Source: Elsinoe ampelina
Lineage: Eukaryota
Length of the DNA: 64,000 nt
Direction: 5' to 3'
Assembly (NCBI GenBank): GCA_010093995.1
Contig: ML992507.1
Coordinates: forward strand, 1,449,147-1,513,146
The position numbers and the translations under genes are program-made. The notes below the pieces were generated by a model. That model saw only the letters and a program-made list of their open reading frames with translations, was not told where the DNA came from and did not search any database. Shown here in pieces: positions 61,160 through 64,000 of this stretch. The stretch's first letter is position 1, and the number at the start of each line of letters is the position of its first letter.

Positions 61160-64000
61160 CTATATCCCCTGAACCTTCCGATAATTGGGCGGCTTCACTT
61201 TCCTTCTTATACATTTCCCTCCCCATACTGGGACCAATGACACCGCTGCGATAGCCGCAACTCTCCACCAGAAACCGGGCCTGATCAACCAAGGCAAGTC
61301 GAAGTAATCTCCTAGGAAGGGCAGACTGCCAAAGTAAATGCCTGCTGTTCCGAGAATGCTAAAGATCATGACCGGGTGCCACGTTGTGATCTCAGCTGCT
61401 ACCATGACCAGCTCGTTGATGACTAGTACGGTGAAGCTGACGCTTACCATCCTCTTGAAGTCCGTGAGATCTTTGGCTGGGTCGCTGGCATCAGGCAGGT
61501 CCTCGTAGAATTTTGGCACGAGAACCTGAGCTCCACCTTGGATGACGAGGCCTTGGTAGACACTGATTGCTACCCAGACGAAAAATGTGCGGTAGCTCAA
61601 GCTTCGTCCGCTCGTGAGCTCTTTGTATAACTCTGGATAGAGGTTTGCAAGTCCTTCATCCACATCTCGATCCAATGTCAAGGAGAAGACAGGCATCATG
61701 GTGTAGACTGTGGCGTAACCAACCAGCAGCCAATCTCTGTAAAGTGCCGTCGGCTCGAACCGCGCTGCAATGCTGAATATCGTCTGACAGACAGCTGCGA
61801 TCAGACCACGATGAATGACGAACTGTGCAAGCTTTGCGCTCCGCTTGTAGCTGTTTCGACCGTGCCACACGAGCAGCTTCGTCAAATGGGAGAATTGAGT
61901 GATGGAGAAGTCGGCAGCGAGGGACGCTTGTCGACCTTCTTTACCCACTATGCCAACTCCAACGTCGGCCGCTTGAATCATGCTCACATCATTTCCGCCG
62001 TCACCAATACAGGCTGTCCGGCGACCAGTGTGAGATCGGATGAGGAGCGCGATCGACGCCTTTTGCGTAGGAGAGCATCGACATGCGATCACAGTTGGCA
62101 ACGTGACTGCCAAAGAAATGAATGTCTGCTGATGGTGTTGCAAGAAAAGTGCAAGCGATTGACCATCAATCAGAAGGCAAGCGGAGGGCTGAGAATGCAG
62201 TACCGAAAGTGCGTCGAGTGCAGCATCCTTTCGCTTCAGATTTGCGATGGTATGGATGTACTGACCTCGAGCGACAAGCTTCGAGCTCACAGCAACGCAG
62301 CGAGCAGTCTCAACTTTGTCTCCAGTCAACATCCAGATCTTGATACCAGCGTTGCGCAGTAGCTCCAGTGATGGCTTGATGTTCGCCTGCAATTTGTCCT
62401 CCACTCCGGTAACTCCCAGAAGCTCCAAATCGTGCTCCAGATGACTCTTGACGGTTCTTGCCATCGACGCTTCGCGGTTCGATAGGCTCAAAGACGCAGC
62501 ATTGTACTCCGTGAGGAAAGATTGGTACTGTCCGGCCGATAGAGCTCGTCGACCGATGACCAGCGTTCGTAGACCTTCTCGTGCCATATTTCCAGTCTCT
62601 TCGTCAAGCCAGTCATTGGCGGCGACGATCGAGGTCATGACGGTATCTGCACCCTTTTGGAAGAAGTAGATATCGCCTGTGCTCGAATCGGATGTGATGA
62701 ACTTGGCAATGATACCCATGCGCTTGCTATCGGAGGTGAAAGGGAAGATGTTCAAAATGGATATCTTGACGACAGTCCGCTCGTCTTTAGCATATTGCAG
62801 GGTGATAGTCTTCCTGTCTCGGTGTAGCAGCCGCAAACCAACTTGCTCTGTCCAACGAACGATGGCTATCTCGTCAGGCGAGGAAGCCTGATATGATGTG
62901 ATGATTTTGCCATCGATCTCTTCGTTTGTTGGCGTGACATTATGACATAGAGCCAGCGCAAGCACGAGGTCCCTGACTCTGGATCCAATCTCGCGTCTCG
63001 TACGAGTACCTGTCACAGGCCCAACTCCAATTGTGGTCGATGGATTGAATAGATCTTGAGATTCGCCAGATGCAGAAGCGAATGCTTGCTTGATGTACGA
63101 TGCTACTTCATCCATGGCTTCGTTTGCGTACGAGACCGTCCCGACGTGGACCTTCTTTAGCTCCATCTCATTTTGCGTTAGGGTTCCAGTCTTGTCGCTG
63201 AGCAGATATTCGATCCGTCCCAGATCCTCTGGAATTGTGCTAGTGCGAACAACTGTCTCAGGTATGCCCTTATCTCTCTGAATAAACCATGCGTACACGG
63301 ACTTGCCCATGTCTAAATTGACACGAAGACTGATGGGTACAATCGTGGAGAATAAGATTAGGAAGCGCATGACAGCGACGTACCACTTCATATTTCCATC
63401 TAGGTTGAATCCGTGCACTGCAACCAGGCCAAAGGATAGAGCCAAGGTCAAGAAACAGAGAATCTTCGTCAATGAATTGATCTCGTACTCCAACAGACCA
63501 GTCTTTGATCTTGACGATGAGGTGGAAAGAGCCGCCCGTGTCTCGCTACCCGTATATATCACCACCGCGAGGACCGTAGAGCTGGAGGCCAAGACGGTAT
63601 TTGCCCAAGCAGTGTTGTCGATGGACAGAGGCTGAGACTTTGGCTGCTCGTTTTCTGTGTCTTCTGCCCCTTGTCCTTCCGCGATATCCGGTTTGGCGAC
63701 ATGAGGGTCGTAATGGGTAGTCTTTGAGGGTATCAATTCCAGAGTGCCGACAAAGTCATTGACTTTTCGATCAGGTTTGCCAGCCACAAGACGAAGTCGT
63801 GTGAACTCCTCCACAGAGAGATTTTGTGATAGAGGTGCTGCGAGACGAAGCTTCCAGTCTGTCTCTCCATCGAGCTGATCCGTTCGAATAAAGGCTTCAC
63901 CACCAGCGCTGGGATCCGAAGAAGTGGTTTCGTTCACAGTTTTACCATCGACCTTGTCAGGTTCGCCGATTGTATCGATGAGATCAGCTGCAATATCTGC
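61160..64000 (-). CDS. NEO1: P4-ATPase phospholipid flippase, Neo1/ATP9 class (5' end beyond the window)
   Basis: RTDQLDGETDWKLR, PISLRVNLD, DKTGTLTQN, MLTGDKVETA, IGDGGNDVSMIQ. Confidence 0.95.
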   Translation of the reverse strand, partial: ADIAADLIDTIGEPDKVDGKTVNETTSSDPSAGGEAFIRTDQLDGETDWKLRLAAPLSQNLSVEEFTRLRLVAGKPDRKVNDFVGTLELIPSKTTHYDPHVAKPDIAEGQGAEDTENEQPKSQPLSIDNTAWANTVLASSSTVLAVVIYTGSETRAALSTSSSRSKTGLLEYEINSLTKILCFLTLALSFGLVAVHGFNLDGNMKWYVAVMRFLILFSTIVPISLRVNLDMGKSVYAWFIQRDKGIPETVVRTSTIPEDLGRIEYLLSDKTGTLTQNEMELKKVHVGTVSYANEAMDEVASYIKQAFASASGESQDLFNPSTTIGVGPVTGTRTRREIGSRVRDLVLALALCHNVTPTNEEIDGKIITSYQASSPDEIAIVRWTEQVGLRLLHRDRKTITLQYAKDERTVVKISILNIFPFTSDSKRMGIIAKFITSDSSTGDIYFFQKGADTVMTSIVAANDWLDEETGNMAREGLRTLVIGRRALSAGQYQSFLTEYNAASLSLSNREASMARTVKSHLEHDLELLGVTGVEDKLQANIKPSLELLRNAGIKIWMLTGDKVETARCVAVSSKLVARGQYIHTIANLKRKDAALDALSVLHSQPSACLLIDGQSLALFLQHHQQTFISLAVTLPTVIACRCSPTQKASIALLIRSHTGRRTACIGDGGNDVSMIQAADVGVGIVGKEGRQASLAADFSITQFSHLTKLLVWHGRNSYKRSAKLAQFVIHRGLIAAVCQTIFSIAARFEPTALYRDWLLVGYATVYTMMPVFSLTLDRDVDEGLANLYPELYKELTSGRSLSYRTFFVWVAISVYQGLVIQGGAQVLVPKFYEDLPDASDPAKDLTDFKRMVSVSFTVLVINELVMVAAEITTWHPVMIFSILGTAGIYFGSLPFLGDYFDLPWLIRPGFWWRVAAIAAVSLVPVWGGKCIRRKVKPPNYRKVQGI

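Noticed and set aside
14745..63635. Many overlapping antisense or alternate-frame ORFs (e.g. 17250-18023, 41561-42262, 50895-51968, 56993-57871)
   Set aside because: Shadow ORFs of well-supported genes in GC-rich sequence.

Overview
Genomic window from a filamentous ascomycete: short GT-AG introns with CTRAC branch sites and strong RIP; a Dothideomycete-like origin is an inference. Positions 1-10589 are an AT-rich, RIP-destroyed block. It is a minus-strand Ty1/copia element (5' LTR 10448-10589) interrupted by a complete plus-strand Ty3/gypsy chromovirus (1483-8774; 198-bp LTRs, 5-bp TSD). That chromovirus carries an extra two-intron antisense gene with a Zn2Cys6-like cysteine pattern. Just outside the block lie a kinase pseudogene and a highly structured tRNA-headed Pol III-type RNA locus (about 12532-12761). 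The rest is gene-dense: CHS7-like, Rab2-like, LOG, CRT10-like, ssSPT-like, a NOD-less PNP-TPR protein, a mitochondrial RF-like protein, two F-box paralogs (one with two in-frame TAGs), BTB, RRP36, RCF2, an AT-hook protein, SET2, GABA transaminase, FAR11/HAM-2 and NEO1, plus several decayed genes. All alignments, translations and 'de-RIP' reconstructions were done by eye; no database searches were run.
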